Assembly (NCBI RefSeq): GCF_009914755.1
Contig: NC_060936.1
DNA: 64,000 bases
Origin: the human T2T-CHM13v2.0 reference genome, Homo sapiens
Direction: 5' to 3' (one strand)
Shown here: piece after piece, positions 14,619 through 28,279 of the stretch
Layout: every line of letters begins with the position of its first letter
Numbering within the stretch: the first letter of the stretch is position 1
The notes under the pieces: model-generated
Told to the model about the DNA's origin: nothing
Database searches by the model: none
The model's input: only the letters and a program-made list of their open reading frames with translations
Made by a program: the position numbers and the translations under genes

Positions 14619-17600
14619 TACCTTCTAAATATATATAAATAAATTTTAAAAATATAAAATAAATTAGATCTGATTGAAAAGGCAAAAATTGAGCAAGCAA
14701 AATATCACTTAATGGGGTAATTAAAAGGGTGAAGAAATTGGGCAAATGGATGTCATGAGGAGGAATTTTTAGGCAGAGGTAATGGTCAGAGCCCAGGCCC
14801 TAAGCTGGAGTAGAGTGTGCAAGGAAAGAGTAATAGGATTGAAAAGGATAACCAGGTAGGAGGACATAGGGAGGGGTAAGGGGAGGAAGACCTCCAGTAA
14901 ACTTAGGCAGGATATTTCCCGTGACAGCACTAAATAATAATCACATGTGAGAATACACAAATAATCTGTCGATTACTTGAGCAATACTTTGTTCATGAGC
15001 TAGAGCAAGGGGATGACTCAAGAAATCCTTTGTGAAATCCTGGAGGTAATAAGATCCTGGCATCAATCTTCAACTCAATTGCAAAAAGCAATTTTATTAC
15101 TTATATATTACTTCTCATTTTTCACTGCTGTCTTTCAAAACATATTCCATTTCATCAGACTACAGGTTTTAATAGCTACTATATTTCTTAAATGTATTAT
15201 TCCAGTAACTTATACTTTACATAGTAAATCTTATCAATAGTCACAATCAATGGTCACAAAGTAGAACTTCATCTGGAGACATTACTTTTAGCCTGAGCCA
15301 TGCAAAATATACTTTTTGGAAAATTGCCCTTTGAAAGGCGAGACACAAAAGGCAAATGTTGATGCTATTATATGGTACCAATAGGATTCATTAATTTATA
15401 AAGGAGAAGAGCTAATGTAACTCCAAAATGCAAGCAATTTTCATATGAGTCTACACAAGCTAATTGTCCTTAAGAATTTCATCTTTAAGGAAAAGTTTTT
15501 TACTGTATCAAAAAGAAGTTTAAACTGTCATTGAGCAGAGTCTGATAATAAGGACACTGTCAAATCACAGTTCAGATGTTATGTGATGAGGACAGAATAG
15601 AACACATGAGGAGGAAGCAGAAACTTCTAGACTGGACAAGAACAGACATGATTAACTTAACCATCCAACAATAAATCTAAGTTAACATAAATTGATGTCA
15701 TCTACTACATCTAAGTATTTCCTCAAATTCTGGACAATTTTAGAAACCATCAAAATTATTTGTTGAGGAAAAATAAACTTAGCCAATTTGCAAGGGCAAC
15801 TAAAATGAAGAACTTTTCTTTAAAGTGTGGGAGTCACATCTTAGCAACATATTTAAATATATCTAAGCTTTCTTCAAAACCACTATCCACAAAAATGCAA
15901 AATTTCCAAAGAATTTCTCCTCTTCTGTAGACTTATTTTCTTCATCTTCATCTTTTCCAGGAGAATATACCATAAGTTTCTGATGGTACACATTTATTAG
16001 ATGTTTTATTTACATTTTTTATCCTTGAAAACTCCTTTTATTTGCAACTATGCATCTTACTCAGAGATCTTAAAACATCCTTGTTTGTTAGATTACGTAT
16101 TTCAAATTCATATACACTTTGGTAGATGCAAACATTTTTATTTGCTGAAGAACATAAGGGGGAAATAGAGATTCTTTATTTGAAGAAACAAATGATTTGA
16201 TTTGGGAAATGAAATGAAAAGAAAAACATAGTTAACTAATTCGCTACTTCTTTTACTCATCTGAGGCCTTCAGATAGTCCCCCATATAGCCTTAGAGTGT
16301 TTAAAATATGATTATGCTCTTTCAGTCTATTAGAAATAAAAACATAAAGCTTAAAAAATTTCAAGGGAAGGGGCTTGAAGATTACTGACTAAGGGCAGCT
16401 GACACTCACCTCCTCCACAAAGAACCAAAATAGTAAGTAGAAAATCCCACATAAGAGAGAATTCTGGAATTCAACAGAGAAGTGACAGGAAGCATCTAAG
16501 GCAATGAAGGGGAGGGAAGCAAGGAAGCCTACCCAGTAGGGATCCTCTGTGAGGCCAGAGAGGCTCCCCAGTGCATCGAAAGTTAAGTGACTGACTCCCA
16601 GTGGTCCACATCTGCATTATGGACTCCAGGAATCCTAGCCACAGGAGAGTCCCTTGACCATGCAGGCCTTGAGACTATCATAAGGAACTGCCCAGCAATC
16701 GCACAAAGGCATTGCTCCAGAGAAGGAGCTCTCACTGGGTCCCACCCCTGCCATCCCCATTACTGAGCAGCAAGGTGCCATTTTGAGAGCCCAACACCCA
16801 CCAGATGACATCGTTCCTCAGACCCCAACATCATCTGCATCTCTACATCCCTGAAGCTCTGCTGACATCCCCCACCCACAGCTGAGTGCTACTGCTGGCT
16901 GCTGTCACCAGGGATAAAGTGTGTCATTAGAAGTGGACTCCCCCACCCCCAGTAGCAGGGCTGCTACACATTTATAAGCTCCCTAAGAAAATGCTACCCC
17001 ACTTGCAGCCACCATCTGGGGCTGAAACACATGCCCACCAGCAACCCATTTATAGCTGCTGCCACTGAAAGCAACACACCCCGCACCCCTTCAAGAGCAG
17101 GGCAACAATGCAGTAGCTGCTAATTCACTCAGGCATTCTGCTGGGGGCCTGAGGATCACTCCACTCCAGCCTATGATAGCCGGTGTCCACACACACCACT
17201 GAGTGGCCTGAGGTCAGGAACACCCAGCCTGGCTTTGCCTTCCTCAATGCCTAAGCAAGTTGTCTGGGAACCCAGAGACAGCCTTGTGCCATCCACCATG
17301 ACTGGTACCTAAGCAACCCTCCCAGAAGCCTGATGATGGGCCTACCCAATCTGCCACTGCCATCACAACTGGCACCTCCTGCATGTGCCACCTGTGGGTC
17401 TGAAGACTGGCTCATTCAGCCCTTGCAGCCACCACCAACACCAGTGCAGACTGCTTGGGAGCCAGAGGGTTGTCCTGCAGTTGCTACAGCCATCACCCAC
17501 ACCACACCCACTGCCCAGAAGCCTGAGGACCCACACACCAGCCCAGTCTACTATGGCCACTACTGACACCCAAGCAAACTGCCTGAAAGCCAAAGAATCA

Positions 17601-19060
17601 ACCCAACTAGACTCATTACCATCAGTGCCAATGTACACAGCCATGGGGCCCAAGGACAGGAATGCTAGGCCCACCACCACCACTGGGGCCAAGGACTGGC
17701 CCACTTGATATTCTTGTCTCCAGCACAACCTCATCACCACCTTCACTAACAAATGCACCCTAAGCCACTGAAAAAATCACAGACACTGATGATACTGTTG
17801 GCAGCTGAAAAAAAATAATATGAAGACTATGCTGCTGTATGCACCTAGAAATCAAAATCAAAGTGCCCTACTCAATCAACACCAAGATACATCTTCAGAA
17901 AAAAGTCTTCCCCTACAAAAACAAATTTACAAAACTGGAAGCAGCAATCATTACACCAGATGCAGAGATATCAATGCAAGAACAAAATAAACATAAAAAG
18001 GTGAAGAAATATGACACTTCCAAAGGAATTTAATAATTCTTCAGCAACATAAGCCAGTGGAAAAAAAAGACATTTATAAAATTCTGGAAAAAAGAATCCA
18101 AAATGTTGATATTAAGGAAGCTCAGTGAGACACAAGAGAACTCAGATAAACAATAAAAAGAAATCAGAAAAACAATTCAGGATATGAATGAGAAATTTAC
18201 CCAAGAGATAGATACGACAAGAATGAACCAAACAGAAATTCTGTAACTGAAGAGTTTATTGAAAGAAATACAAAATACATTCAAAAACTTCAACAATAGA
18301 TCAGATCAAGCAGAAGAAAAATTTCAGAACTTGAAGACAGGTCTTTTAAAATTAGCTGGTCAAATGATAGAAAGGAAAAAAAAGAATGAACAAAGTGTAT
18401 GTGACATATGAGGCACTATAAAGTGAACAAATATTCAAATTTGCAGTTTCCCAGAAGGTAAAGAGAACATGAAAGGTGTAGGAAACCTACGTAACAACAC
18501 AATAGCTGAAAACTTGTCAAGTCTAGCAAGAAATGTAGACATCCAGACAAATGAAAATCAGAAATTCCCAAATAATATAATGCAAAAAGCTCTTCTCCAC
18601 AGCACATTATAGTCAAACTGTCAAAAGCCAAAGAGTAAGAACTCTAAAACAGCAAGCAAAATGTCTAGTCACTTATAAGGGAACTTCCACAAGATTAACA
18701 GATTAACAGCAGATTTCTCAGCAGAAACCTCACAGGCCAGGAGAAGATGGGATGATATATTCAAAATAGTGAAAGAAAAAAATGACACCAAGGATGTTAT
18801 ACCCAGCAACATTGTTCTTCAAAAATGAAGGATAAATAAAATCTTTTCTGGGCAAGAAAAATTTGAAGGAATTCACTATCACTAGACTGGCTTTACAAGA
18901 AATATTTAAGGGAGTCCTACACATGAAAGTGACAGGACACTGCCATTATGAAGACACACAAAGGTATACAACTAACTGGTAGAGCAAAACACAAATAAAG
19001 AAGAGAAAGAACTCAAACGTTACCACTACAGAAAATCACCAAACCACAATCATAAATAAT

Positions 19061-19061
<1 letters not shown>

Positions 19062-19098
<37 letters not shown>

Positions 19099-19128
19099 AT
19101 GAAAGAAAGAAAAGGAAGGAAGGAAGAA
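19062..19128 (+). repeat. (AAAG/AG/AAGG)n tract in the L1 inter-ORF region
   Basis: Directly visible. Confidence 0.9.
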
Positions 19129-21996
19129 AAAAACACAAAACAAACAAACTAAAAAAAAAACAAAACAACCAGGAATCAATTAACAAAATGGCAGGAATAA
19201 GCTCTCACATGTCAATAATAGCCTTGCATGTAAATGGATTAAATTGTTACTTGAAAGATATAGACTGGCTAAATAGATTTAAAACAAAAATATGACCCAG
19301 TTGTAAGCTGCCTATAAGAAACTTATCTCACTTGTAAAGATAAATATAGACTGAAAGTAAAAAGATGAAAGATCTTCCATACAAAGAGAAACCAAAAATG
19401 AGCAAAAGTAGTTATACCTATAACAGATAAAATTGACTTTAAATAAAAAACACTAAGAGACAAAAGTCATTACATAATGATAAAAGGAACAATTCAGCAA
19501 GAGTATATAACAATTCTAAACATTCACACTCAACACCAGAGCATCCAGATATGTAAAGCAAATGTTATTAGATATAAAGGGTGAAATAGAATCCAATACA
19601 ATAATAGTTGGGGATTTCAACATTCTAATCTCAGCATCAGATAGATCATCTAGACAGAAAATTAACAAAGAAACATTGGATTTAAACTTGACTTTAGACC
19701 AAATGGATCTAACATTTACACAATATTTCATCCAACAGCTACAGAATATATTTATCTCATCAGCACATGACGCATTCCCCAGGATACACCATATGTTAGA
19801 ACACAAAAGAAGTCTCAACTAATTTGAAATATTTGAAATCATATTAAGCATCTTCTCAGACCACAATGGAATAAAACTAGAAATCAATAACAAGAAAAAC
19901 TTTAAAACCTATACAAATACATGGAAATTAAACAACATGCTCCTGAATGAACGTTATGTCAAGAAGAAAATTAAGAAGGAAATCAAAAATTTTTTGAAAC
20001 AAATGAAAATTGAAATACAACATAGGAAAAGCCATGGGATACAGCAAAAGCAGTGCTAAGAGAGAAGCTTATCAATAAACACTTAAATTAAAAACATAGA
20101 AAGATTTCAAATATATAATCTAATCATGTACCTCAACAAGCTAGAAAAGCAAGAACAAAACCCAAAACTAGCAGAAGGAAAGAAAAAATGAAGAACAGAA
20201 GAACTTAATGAAATAGAGAAAAACAACAACAACAAGGGATTAGCAAAATGAAAAGTTGTTATTTAAAAAAGATAAAATGGATATGGCTCTAGCTAGACTA
20301 ACCAAGAAAAAGAGACTGAAATAAAGAAAATCAGAAATAAAAAAGAAAATATATTACAACCGATACCACAGAAATAGAAAAGATTATCAGAGACTATTAT
20401 GAACAACCATACACTAAAAAACTGAAAAATCTAGAGGAAATTAATAAATTTCTGGACACATACCACCTACCAAGATTGAATTAAGAAAGAATAGAAAACC
20501 TGAACAGACCAGTAATGAATAATGAAATTGAATCAGTAGTAAAAAGTCTCTCAAAAAAGAAAATTTCAAGACCAGATGGCTTTACTGTCAAATTTTACCA
20601 AACTTTCAAAGAAAACTAAGAAGTCTCCTTAAATTCTTTTAAAAATTAAACAGGAAGGAATTCTCCCTAACTCATTCTCTGAGGCCAGTATTATCCTGAT
20701 TCCATAACCAGACAAGGATGCAAGTAAAAATAAAACTGCAGGTCAATATCCCTGATGGAACATAGGTGTGAAAATCCTCAACAAAATACTAGCAAACTGA
20801 ATCCAACAGTACATCCAAAAGATAATACACCATGATCAAGTGGGATTTATACTAGGGTTGCAAGAACAGTTCAAATCAATAAATGTGATACATCACATCA
20901 ACAAAAAGAACAAAAACCATATGATCATCTCAATAGATACAGAAAAAGTATTTGATAAAATTTAACATTCCTTCATGATAAAAACTATCTGCAGCCAATC
21001 ATAGAAGGAACATATCTCAATATAATAAAAGTCATATATGTCAAACCCACAGCTAACATCATACTGAATTGGGAAAAGCTGGAAGCCTTTCCTCTAAGAA
21101 CTGAAACAAAATAAGGATGCCCACTTCCATCACTCCTATTCAATATAATACTGGAAGTCCTAGCCACAGCTTTCAGGTCAGAGAAAGAAAGAAAGAAAAG
21201 GCATGCAAATAGGAAAAGATGAAGTCAAATTGTCCATCTTTCCAGATGACATGATTTTATACCTAGAAAAACCAAGACTCCACCAAAGCACTCTTAGCGC
21301 TGAAAAATAAATTCAGTAAAGTTACAGGAGACAAAATCAGCATATGAAACAAGCAATGTTTCTACACACCAATAATAAACTAGCTGAGAAGGAAATTAAG
21401 AAGGCAATCCCATTTACAATAGCTAAAAAATAAAATATTTAGGGATAAATTTAACCAAGGAACCGAAAAACCTCTATTCGGAAAACTACAAAACACTGAT
21501 AAAAGAATTGAAAAGGACAGAAACAAATGGAGAGATATCCTATGTTCATGGATCAGAAAAATTAATATTGTTAAAATGGCCATACTACCCAAAGCAATCT
21601 ACAGATTCTATATGACCGCTATCAAAATAGCAATGTCATTTTTCACAGAAATGGAAAAACCAATCTAAAATTTGTATGAAATTAAAAAATAGCTCCAGTA
21701 GCCAAAGTCATCCTGTGAAAAAAGAACAATGCTAGAGGTATCATACTACCTGATTTCAAAGTATATTACAAAAGTATAGGAACCTAAACAGCATGATACT
21801 GACATTAGAACAGACACTTAGACCAATGGAAGAGAATAGAGAACCTAGAAATGCATCCACATATTTATAGCCAACAGATTTTCAACAAAGGTGACAAGAA
21901 TATACATTGAGGAAAGGACACAGTGTTCAAGAAATGGTGCTGAAAAAATTGGATATCCATTGGATATCCATGTGCAAAAGAATAAAACTGGACTGC

Positions 21997-23941
21997 TGAT
22001 ATGGTTTGGATGTTTGTTCCCTCCAAATCTCATGTTGAAATATAATCCCCAACTTCTCAGGATCTTGGCGGATGGGAGGTAGGCCTAGATTGCAGCTCCA
22101 ACTCAGATGGACAGAGCAGCATGTGGAGGCTCGCATTGTGAATTTTAGCTGCAGATAGACTGCAAGAACAAACCAGCAATCCTGAGAGGACCCACAGACC
22201 CTCTGAAGGAAGTAGATTGCTCCTGCAGGACCCAGGAGACACCCCAAATACTGTGAGTGCCCCAACTGCGGAAGTGGGAAAGGGAGATCCTCCTCTCCTA
22301 AACACACACTCCCACTGGAGAAACTGAAGGTCTGTTTGTGGGAGAAGTTTCTGACCTTACCTGGAGTTGAGTTAACTTAGAGAGCTGAGCAAAATACAGG
22401 TGTAGAGGAAGCAGTGAGAAAGGCCCTGGGAGCTCACTGGGTCCCTGAGCAGGCCATTCCTGCCTGGCATAGCCAGGCATTTACATTACTAACATTGAAT
22501 GTAAATGGCCTAAATGCTCCACTTAAAAGGGTGAAAAAGGTATTTCATGCAAATGGCCACCAAAGTGAGTAGGCAAAACAAACTTTAAAGCAACAGCAGT
22601 TAAAAGAGACAAAGAGGGACATTATATAATGGTAAAAGGCCTTGTCCAACAGGAAAATATCACAATCTTAAACATATATGCACCTAACACTGGAGCTCCC
22701 AAATTTATAGAACAATTACTAATAGACCTAAGAAATGAGATAGACAGCAACACAATAATAGTGGGGGACTTCAATACTTCATTGACAGCACTAGACAGTT
22801 CATCAAGACAGAAAGTCAACAAAAAAATAATGGATTTAAATTATACCTTAGAACAAATGGACTTAACAGATATATACAGAACATTTCATCCAATAACCAC
22901 AGAACACACATTCTATTCAACAGCGCGTGGAAATTTCTCCAAGGTAGACCATATGATAGGCCATGAAATGAGCCTCAATAAATTTACTAACAGACCAATA
23001 ACAAGCAGTGAGATTTAATTGGTAATTAAAAAATTACCAACCAAAAAAAAGTTCAGGACCAGATGGATTCACAACAGAATTCTACTAGACATTCAAAGAG
23101 GAATTGGTCCCCATCTTTTTGACACTATTCTACAAGACAGATAAAGAAGGAACCTGCCCTAATTCATTCTATGAAGCCAGCATCACACCAAAACCAGGGA
23201 AGGACATAACCAAAAAAGAAAACTACAGACTGATAGCCTTGATGAACATAGATGCTAAAATCCTTAACAAAATACTAGATAACCAAATTCAACAACATAA
23301 CAAAAAGATAATCCACCATGATCAAGCAGGTTCCATGCCAGGGATGCAGGGTTGGTTTGACATCTGCAAGTCAATAAGTGTGATACACCACATAAACAGA
23401 TTTAAAAACAAAAATTACATGATCATCTCAATAGATGCAGAAAAAGCATTCAACAAAATCCAGCATACATTTATGATTAAAATGCTCAGCAAAATCAGCA
23501 TACAAGAGACATACCTCAGTGTAATAAAAGCCATCTATGACAAACCCACAGCCAACATAATATTGAATGGGGAAAAGTTGAAAGCATTCCCTCTGAGAAC
23601 TGGAACAAGACAAGGATGCCCACTCTCACCACTCCTCTTCAACATAGTACTGGAAGTCCTAGCCAGGGCAATCAGACAAAACAAAGAAATAAAGGGCATT
23701 CAAATCAGTAAAGAGGAAGTCAAACTGTCACTGTTTGCTGATGATATGATCATTTACCTTTAAAACCCTAAAGACTCCTCCAGAAAGCTCCTAGAACTGA
23801 TAAAATAATTCAGCAAAGTTTCCAGATACAAGATGAATGCACACAAATCAGTAACTCTTCTATACACCAACAGCAACCAAATGGAGAATCAAATCAAGAA
23901 CTCAACCCCTTGTACAATAGATGCAAAAATGGCCTAATACA
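21997..23941 (+). mobile_element. MST LTR termini (21997-~22052 and ~23925-23941) flanking an inserted L1PB
   Basis: TGATATGGTTTGGATGTTTG...AAATCTCATGTTGAAAT start; TGGCCTAATACA end; host L1 resumes at acccctat. Confidence 0.7.
22055..23929 (+). mobile_element. Multiply deleted L1PB (5' UTR joined directly to ORF2 pieces)
   Basis: L1PB-type 5' end (gatgggagg.aggcctagattgcagctc); ORF2 EN (YAPNTGAP, IVGDFN) and RT ([15 protein letters not shown]); ORF1 absent. Confidence 0.82.
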
Positions 23942-25964
23942 ACCCCTATTTATTGCCATAGAAAACGTACTCTCAAGATGGATTAAAGACTTAAATATAA
24001 AACTTAAAACTATAAAACTACTAAAAGAAAACATAAGGGAGACACTTCAAGACATGGCTTTGGGCAAAGATTTTATGGCCAAGACCTCAAAAGCACAGGC
24101 AACAAAAGCAAAAATAGACAAATGGGACTATATTAAGCTAAAATACATCTGCACAGTAAAGGAAACAATCAACACAGTGAAGAGACAAGCTGTTGAATGC
24201 GAGAAAATATTTGCATACATTTGACAAGGAATTAATCTCCAGAATATATAAGAAACTCAAACAACTCAACAGGGGAAAAACAAATAATCTCATTAAAAAA
24301 TTGGCAAAGGATATTTTTCAAAAGAAGACATACAAATGCACAATGGGTATGGGGAAATTGCTCAACATTACTAATCATCAGAGAAATGCAAATCAAAACC
24401 ACAATGAGATATCATCTTATGCCAGTTAGAATCATCATGATTTAAATAAATTAATAAATAAATAACACATGCTGGCAGGGATGTGAAGGAAAAGGCACTC
24501 GTAGGCACTATTGGTAAGCATGCAAATTAGTATAGCCACTATGGAAAACAATATGTAGATTTACCAAAAAGCTAAAAATTGAACTATCATAAGATCCAGC
24601 AATCTTATTACTGGGTATTTATCCAAAGGAAAAGAATTCAGAATAATAAACAGATACTGGTACCACACTGTTTATTGCAGCATGATTCACATTAGCAAAG
24701 ATATGGAATCAACCTAAGTGTCCATCAATGGATGAATGAAGAAAATGTGGTGTATACACACAATTGAATATTATTCAACCATATAAATATAAAATCATTT
24801 CATTTGCAGCAACATGGATGAAACTGGAAGTCATTATGTTAAACGAAATAAGCCAGGCATAGAAAGACAAATTTTGCATGTTCTCACTGATATGTGGGAG
24901 CTAAAAAAGTTAATATCATGTAGGTAGAGAGTAGAATGACAGAAACCAGAGGTAGAGAAGGGTGTGTACGTTATGGGAGGAAGGGAGACGAAGAGAAGTT
25001 GGTTAATGGAAACAGGCAGTTAGATAGAAGGAATATGTTCTGATGTTCAATAGCAAAGTAGGGTGATTATAGTTAAAAACAATATATTGTATATTTCAAA
25101 ATAGTAGAAGAAAGGTCTTGAAATGTTCCTAACACATAGAAACGATAAATACTTGAGGTGATGAATACCCCAAATACCTGACTTGATCATTATACATTAT
25201 ATGCATGTAACAAAATGTCACATGTACCTGATACATATAAACACGTCATATATCAATAAAAGAAAGTCGATCTCATATTGGTTGAGGCCTGATTGTAAGT
25301 AAATCTTTGTCCCTCCAGACATTTCCCTGTACTGTCTTGCTGTGAGGAGCTTCTTTTACTGCTATTTCTTATATTCCAACACCATTTTAGCCCTTTTTTG
25401 TCCTCCCCATATTTTTACCTCGGTTTTTACTGTTTATATAGCACACTTTGTGCTATAGTTTACCTCAGTTTTTACTATTTATAAAGCACATTTTGCCCCA
25501 AACTTCTCTCTTAACAAGCTAGAATATAAGTGAATGCAAGAGCATAGAGACAGGGTCATTCCTATTTTCATATTTGAGGTATAAACCAAGGAGATTTACA
25601 TACACATATATATTTTTAAATCTGCAAATAAATGGTTTTATTCTGACATTAAAAAAGAAAATACTTAATATCATTAATGAATGATCGTTTTACCACAGCG
25701 TAGGTCATTGAATTTGAACTTAACCTTCACTTTCAAACAAGTACTTTGTATTTTATTGATCTCTATTTTCCTGGAACAACATGGGGGCTATGTTTAGCGT
25801 GAGGACAAAGTATCACAACTTTCACCTGAAAGAAAAGATGAGCTACCATGGTACATATAACAATGAGGTGGTTAAAACTCTAAGTCGTCATCTGGCAACA
25901 CTGCCAATTTACTAAAAATCACTATTTCAAAGAAGTATAGAATAGATATCAGCCAAAATAAGGA

Positions 25965-26070
25965 TCTCTTTCTCTGCCTCTCTCTCGCTCTCTCTCTCTC
26001 TCTCTCCCCCATCTCTCTCTGTCTCTCTCTATATATATATGTATACACACATATATACATATTATACACA
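25965..26070 (+). repeat. (CT)n-(TA)n-(CA)n compound microsatellite
   Basis: Directly visible. Confidence 0.9.
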
Positions 26071-26779
26071 TATGGAGAAATTTCACTATTTTGTATATGC
26101 TTAAAAATTACAGACTTTGGAAGTCATATGACTATTTCAGTGTGTGTGGCTACTAATCTCACCCTCCTGTTCCAAAACACAGTTGCAGAAGCAGAGGAAG
26201 TCATTATACACTTAGAACATCATTTTATAAGGCAGCAGGTCTGGTAGGAAGGAGATTAGGTGCTACTTGTGACAAAGGTCAGCAAATATTTGTGTTCCCA
26301 GCACTTTTCTAGATCCTCAGTTAAAATCAAAGCAGCTGCAGTCTTGGCAGTGGGAGGTGATACTCACACTTTGAACAAGACCACCTGCACTACCTACAAT
26401 GGCAGCTCCAAATATTTTATATGAAAGGGGCCTAGACATAGCATGCTGAATGAAAAGGAAGTGAGTAGACTAGTGCTTTCCTTGAAGCTGTGCAACCAAG
26501 CATAGTTTTTACATAGATCGTGTGTTTCACATGGTGTGATAACAGCTTGAGATGCCATTGACATGGCCCACCGGCTTATCCACATCAGTAATTAGGGCAA
26601 AGAAATCCTAATTACTATGCATCCCGTGATTGAAGTAACATTGATGTATACATATTTTTTCCTATTATTTCTCTTTTTGTGTTTAAAAATGCAATTATGG
26701 ACTCATTCAAAGTGAAAGCTGGTATGACAATACATGAGCTAACTTCCTCATTTTATGAATAAATTTTATAAAGAAATAA

Positions 26780-26985
26780 GCTAATACCTACAGAGTGTTT
26801 ATTAAATGCTAGGCACAGTTCTGAGTGATTTACAACTGGTATTTCTTTTAATTTTCACAACATTATTACAGGTAGATTTTATATATGGAGAAACTGAGGC
26901 ACAGAGATGCTATGTAATAAATCTCAACATTACCCAGGTGATGGTGGAGTTGGAATTCCAAATCATGCAGTCTGACTTTAGCTGT
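26780..26985 (-). mobile_element. MIR
   Basis: MIR core gagaaactgaggcacagagat...ggaattccaaatcatgcagtctgact. Confidence 0.7.
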
Positions 26986-27036
26986 AGACAGCAAGATAGT
27001 AAGTAAAGGAATGGAGCAACAAATTGATGGATCTTT

Positions 27037-27346
27037 TTGCTTTTGCTTGTTTGTTTGAAACAGGGTCTCACTCTGTCACCCCGGCTGGAGTGCAATGGTG
27101 CAATCTTGCTCACTGAAGCCTCACTAGAACGCCTGGATTCAAGTGATCCTCCTGCTTTAGCCTCTCAGGTAGCTAGGACTACAGGTGTGAGCCTCCATGG
27201 CCAGCTAGAGAAATTTTTTAAATTTCTGTAGAAACAGGGTCTCCCTATGTTCCCCAGGCTGGTATCCAACTCTTGGTCTCAAACAATTCTCCCACCTCAG
27301 CCTTGAAAAGTGTTGAGATTACAGGTGTGAATCACCATGCTGGGCC
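27037..27346 (-). mobile_element. AluJ
   Basis: Diverged Alu dimer; 13-bp TSD ttgatggatcttt. Confidence 0.9.
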
Positions 27347-27535
27347 TTGATGGATCTTTAAAAGTGGTGGGGGGTAGGAGAAAAAGAGGAAGAACAAAAA
27401 CAGTATCACGAAAGATAAACATCGTTAGGTCTCGGGAAGGATGGGATCCTTTTCATTTTGCTCTAGAGAAAAGCCATTTGGAAAACTTCTGTGTTAACAA
27501 AAAACAGCCGAGTAGCCTAGTATTAAACTTTAGAG

Positions 27536-27710
27536 CAGTTGTTCTTTACGGCAATTACAGGGGCCTTCAGGAAGCTGATGGAAGTGTGAAGTCCTCTTCT
27601 CAGAGAAAAGTACTTCTATATACGTGCACCTAATTTTTAGATATAATTTCTGAAGGTTTAGAAACTCCTTGAGTTCACTTATATCAAAGTCCTCACCTTT
27701 AGAACTCCTG
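27536..27710. mobile_element. Short hAT-Charlie DNA transposon relic (Charlie4z-like)
   Basis: CAG..GTTCT / AGAAC..CTG termini; flanks ctttagag / tcctagaa resemble the NTCTAGAN target. Confidence 0.5.
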
Positions 27711-28279
27711 TCCTAGAAGAGTGGACTCATTATTATAATTTCTTCCATAACCACTTTGACTCTAGTTTTCTGAATTCTTCCCTGTGCCACTTGTACCATG
27801 TAATTCAGAGGTGTAGTGTCAAGACTGAGGAGGAAGCAGGTAAATTATGTCCAGCAATACGTTGGCTTAGGCAAAAACAAATTGTTTCTAGTCCATTTTA
27901 AGAGGGAAGCATTTATTTAGGGACTACATCGCTCAAGTCTTTACAATTCTTAAATTAACTTTCATTATGTGTGACAACATTTATTAAACTTTTTTAATGA
28001 TCCTAAATATCCTTAACATGTTAATTTCTCCAGAGTTTGTAATGTTCTGAGCAAGTGTGTGCAGAAGAAATGATTGTAGTAAGACCTGGGCAAAGGAGAG
28101 AGTAAACATTTTTCCCCCACATTTGGGCAAAACTTTCCATCCTGGGTCACACCACAGTCTAATTTCCCTCCTCCCCTCTCCCTCAACTGGTAACAGTGCT
28201 TCTTCCAAAACATATCTGACTACTTAGTACTTCCCACTACTGTGGATAGAATTTCAGTGACTCCTCATTCATTGTTCAT

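Larger units (their letters stand above)
8885..14660 (+). mobile_element. 5'-truncated L1 (L1MA1-2/L1PB4-like) split into 8885-9128, 13426-14246 and 14619-14660
   Basis: ORF2 C-terminal peptides ([15 protein letters not shown]; IAKIWNQPKC) and 3' UTR resume across both LTR insertions. Confidence 0.85.
16368..25265 (+). mobile_element. Near full-length old L1 (L1MA4/5-like), interrupted at 21997-23941
   Basis: C-rich 5' UTR (~16370-17900), decayed ORF1 (~18000-18950), ORF2 endonuclease (IIVGDFN) and RT, 3' UTR ending tcaataaaagaaa. Confidence 0.85.

Noticed and set aside
17333-17758. Three overlapping ORFs of 77-131 aa
   Set aside because: GC-richer L1 5' UTR is poor in stop codons; no recognisable domain
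23104-23763. 219-aa reverse transcriptase ORF as an active or novel RT system
   Set aside because: Ordinary L1 ORF2 fragment that stops just after FADD, within a deleted L1PB
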